From the NCBI GenBank assembly GCA_964057225.1, contig OZ059894.1, forward strand, positions 10,974,001 through 11,038,000: 64,000 nt of DNA, written 5' to 3'. The DNA comes from Auanema rhodensis. Taxonomy: Eukaryota > Animalia > Nematoda. The stretch's first letter is position 1; each line of letters starts with the position of its first letter. Shown here piece by piece: positions 60,430-64,000 of this stretch. The position numbers and the translations under genes are program-made. The notes beneath the pieces were generated by a model. That model saw only the letters and a list, made by a program, of their open reading frames with translations. It ran no database searches and was not told the origin of the DNA.

Positions 60430-60614
60430 ATGGGCCGTTCCCGCCAGCAGTGCAAGAGCGGGTCGACCCGTGAGGTGGAGCTAGCAAGCCAGCATCTACC
60501 TCAAGTCTCAAAAATCGGTTAACCTTATTGTGAACCAATGGAACACATATCGAAGGTTAATTCGATAAGAACGATTACTACACTTTGATCTTAGCCAAAA
60601 GGCCGAGAAGCGAT
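60430..60614 (-). ncRNA. U2: U2 snRNA
   Basis: Array copy. Confidence 0.95.
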
Positions 60615-61056
60615 ACAGCATAGCCATGAGTATCAAAGACATCAAGCAAATGTATCGTACTTGTTACGAGTGCACTCTCTCATTTGAATATAAAAGTGTG
60701 GTTTGACAATCTTGACTGTACAGGTCATAAATGGCTCATATAAACTGTGGATTTACTCAACTTTTGGACTTATTTTTTTCTTATTCGAAGCGCTGCACTT
60801 TTTTCTATTCTTTTTATTCAAATACTTGTATATAGTTTTATATGTACGGTTGCAAAGTTTCCGAATATTTTATATATTTTTATACAATAATTAGGAGAAG
60901 GTTAATACAATGAAATCTCCCAACTTTACAGTGTTTGTATTGCTTACAGTATCTAGAACAACCACTCTTGTAATATTAGAGCACATATCAATCAACAACT
61001 TTTTCTAGTTATCAAAGCTTTTTTATTTCTTCAAGATATTTCAAATAAAATATAAA

Positions 61057-61175
61057 AGCTTACGACACCCGGGATTCCCAAGCCGTCTCCGATCCAAGTA
61101 CTAACCGGGCCCAACGTTGCTTGACTTGCCAGATCGGACGGGATGGCGTACTTTCAACGTGGTATGGTCGTAAGC
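61057..61175 (-). rRNA. 5S: 5S rRNA
   Basis: Array copy. Confidence 0.95.
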
Positions 61176-61416
61176 AATGTTATATTCTTCATTATCAGTT
61201 ATATCACTCTAAATCTTGTTGTTAATAGTTAGGACCACAAAGAAAACAACAGGAACAGTAACAAATGAAATGCCCAAACTTTACAGTGTTCGAGTTATTT
61301 ACAGTATCTAAGACTACCTCTGTCGTGTTATTAGAGCAAACATTCGATTAACAACAACTTTTTTTTAGTTATCAAAGCTTTTTTATTTCTTCAAAAAATT
61401 TCAAATAAAATATAAA

Positions 61417-61535
61417 AGCTTACGACACCCGGGATTCCCAAGCCGTCTCCGATCCAAGTACTAACCGGGCCCAACGTTGCTTGACTTGCCAGATCGGACG
61501 GGATGGCGTACTTTCAACGTGGTATGGTCGTAAGC
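61417..61535 (-). rRNA. 5S: 5S rRNA
   Basis: Array copy. Confidence 0.95.
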
Positions 61536-61677
61536 AATGTCATATTCTTCATTATCAGTTATATCACTCTAAATCTTGTTGTTAATAGATACGACCACAA
61601 AGAAAACAACAGGAACAGTAACAATAACAAAAAAAATTTTTTTTTCACCTATGTGTCTAAAGGTTAGCCATGTATCC

Positions 61678-61713
<36 letters not shown>

Positions 61714-62894
61714 ACAGTAAAAAGTCCAATCAAGAGAGAAATTTTTTCAACACATAGTTGTTTTTTTTTTAAATATCATTGTTTTTCCTCATAACTCGGT
61801 TTAAACTCGTTCTAACCCGTTGAAATACGTCTAGAAAGTCTTTATAACATGCATATGTATGATAGAACTTCATATTTATTGTAATAGAAAATTTTATTTT
61901 CAGACGTCTTGGTTAACAATGATATGTTTTACCCCCTTATAATTTTTATCATAATGTTCCTTATACGGAACGCTCAATGAAACTTGCTTCCAGAAAAATT
62001 TCTTTCTATTTTTTCTTCATATGTACGTAGATACTATAGAGAACTATGATAGAAAACTTTAACATTCACGAAATCATCATTTCTCATTACGCTACGGAGG
62101 TTTAAAAAGCTGTGTTTTACCTTATAATAGACCGGAAAACCCTTGTGTTAAAACTGGACCGTTTTTACACATATAAAAATGTCCCGTATTCGGGACCCTA
62201 ATGTAACTTTTGATTCCCTATATTTTTTTTCATAAAATTTACAATCTACTGTAGAAAGAAGAATTATTTTTATAAAAACTGTAAATTTTTGAAAAATGAA
62301 AACAAAACGAAAACAAAAACAACTTTTTTTTGAACATTTTCTCACACAAGGGTCCCCCCTTACCTACTTTTTTTCTCATTACTCGTTTCAACCTCATCCG
62401 ATCACTCTGCAAACATGTTTAATCGTTCTAACTTGTTGAAATACGTCTTAAAAGTCTAAACAACATGCATATGCATAATAGAAACCACCCGAATAGGCCC
62501 CCACGCACTAAACGAGATATATACATTACCAGTATAGTAATAGAACACATATTGAAGATTAATTCGATAAGAACAATTTATTGACGTAGAGAATGTTTGT
62601 TCCGAAAAACTACAATATTAAACTATAAAAGTAACAAAAGCGTAGAGGCAGCAAAGACATGAATAAACATAAATGTAAATACAGAATTACCAGGTAGTAC
62701 ATAAGTATGACAAAAAATTATAAGAAAGCCATGAAAATAGAAGGTTTGTGAACAAATGAGAGGTACATCTTTGATCGTATAGTCATTTCTAAACCGTTCG
62801 TATGCTGCAGCATCGTCATAAACGTCATTCAAGTTGAATTTCCATGTGTACTACACGATTTTCATTCTTATTGTTACATTCTTTCCCTGAGGGA

Positions 62895-63079
62895 ATGGGC
62901 CGTTCCCGCCAGCAGTGCAAGAGCGGGTCGACACGTGAGGTGGAGCTAGCAAGCCAGCATCTACCTCAAGTCTCAAAAATCGGTTAACCTTATTGTGAAC
63001 CAATGGAACACATATCGAAGGTTAATTCGATAAGAACGATTACTACACTTTGATCTTAGCCAAAAGGCCGAGAAGCGAT
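62895..63079 (-). ncRNA. U2: U2 snRNA (one substitution near 62933)
   Basis: Array copy; GTCGACACGTG instead of GTCGACCCGTG. Confidence 0.94.
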
Positions 63080-63521
63080 ACAGCATAGCCATGAGTATCA
63101 AAGACATCAAGCAAATGTATCGTACTTGTTACGAGTGCACTCTCTCATTTGAATATAAAAGTGTGGTTTGACAATCTTGACTGTACAGGTCATAAATGGC
63201 TCATATAAACTGTGGATTTACTCAACTTTTGGACTTATTTTTTTCTTATTCGAAGCGCTGCACTTTTTTCTATTCTTTTTATTCAAATACTTGTATATAG
63301 TTTTATATGTACGGTTGCAAAGTTTCCGAATATTTTATATATTTTTATACAATAATTAGGAGAAGGTTAATACAATGAAATCTCCCAACTTTACAGTGTT
63401 TGTATTGCTTACAGTATCTAGAACAACCACTCTTGTAATATTAGAGCACATATCAATCAACAACTTTTTCTAGTTATCAAAGCTTTTTTATTTCTTCAAG
63501 ATATTTCAAATAAAATATAAA

Positions 63522-63640
63522 AGCTTACGACACCCGGGATTCCCAAGCCGTCTCCGATCCAAGTACTAACCGGGCCCAACGTTGCTTGACTTGCCAGATC
63601 GGACGGGATGGCGTACTTTCAACGTGGTATGGTCGTAAGC
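63522..63640 (-). rRNA. 5S: 5S rRNA
   Basis: Array copy. Confidence 0.95.
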
Positions 63641-63881
63641 AATGTTATATTCTTCATTATCAGTTATATCACTCTAAATCTTGTTGTTAATAGTTAGGAC
63701 CACAAAGAAAACAACAGGAACAGTAACAAATGAAATGCCCAAACTTTACAGTGTTCGAGTTATTTACAGTATCTAAGACTACCTCTGTCGTGTTATTAGA
63801 GCAAACATTCGATTAACAACAACTTTTTTTTAGTTATCAAAGCTTTTTTATTTCTTCAAAAAATTTCAAATAAAATATAAA

Positions 63882-64000
63882 AGCTTACGACACCCGGGAT
63901 TCCCAAGCCGTCTCCGATCCAAGTACTAACCGGGCCCAACGTTGCTTGACTTGCCAGATCGGACGGGATGGCGTACTTTCAACGTGGTATGGTCGTAAGC
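63882..64000 (-). rRNA. 5S: 5S rRNA
   Basis: Array copy; 5' end at window edge. Confidence 0.93.

Larger units (their letters stand above)
15405..64000 (-). repeat. Tandem array of ~2.46-kb units (U2 snRNA + 2 x 5S rRNA + spacer), ~19 units, continues past the window
   Basis: Near-identical periodic sequence; period 2445-2473 depending on (TA)n; internal 360-bp 5S sub-repeat. Confidence 0.98.

Noticed and set aside
15405-64000. CRISPR-like or prokaryotic repeat system
   Set aside because: Units are kilobase-sized, near-identical, with no unique spacers; content is eukaryotic

Overview
AT-rich eukaryotic DNA, almost certainly nematode (nematode-type 5S rRNA and U2 snRNA sequences, TTTCAG/TTGCAG splice acceptors, BEL/Pao elements with phlebovirus-like envelope). 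Left 15 kb: two env-bearing BEL/Pao (Belpaoviridae) LTR retroelements nested in the edge of a small-RNA array. Element A (3' half only, 1-4208) is inserted inside a 5S gene and carries an antisense three-exon mini-gene. Element B is complete (5182-14974; TSD CTATT, tRNA-Gly PBS, single 2643-aa Gag-Pol-Env ORF). Both carry a closely related triple-CCHC accessory ORF behind a conserved internal promoter. From ~15 kb to the end: a homogeneous ~2.46-kb tandem array whose unit is one U2 snRNA gene plus two 5S rRNA genes (minus strand); 16 intact U2 and 32 intact 5S genes are visible. Three U2 copies are interrupted at the same position, right after the branch-point recognition sequence GUAGUA, by 5'-truncated Utopia/NeSL-like RLE non-LTR retrotransposons. 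All U2 copies read AUC instead of the usual UCU at exactly that site, and every unit also carries what looks like a fossil U2 split at the same site. The short repeated ORFs in the array are spurious.
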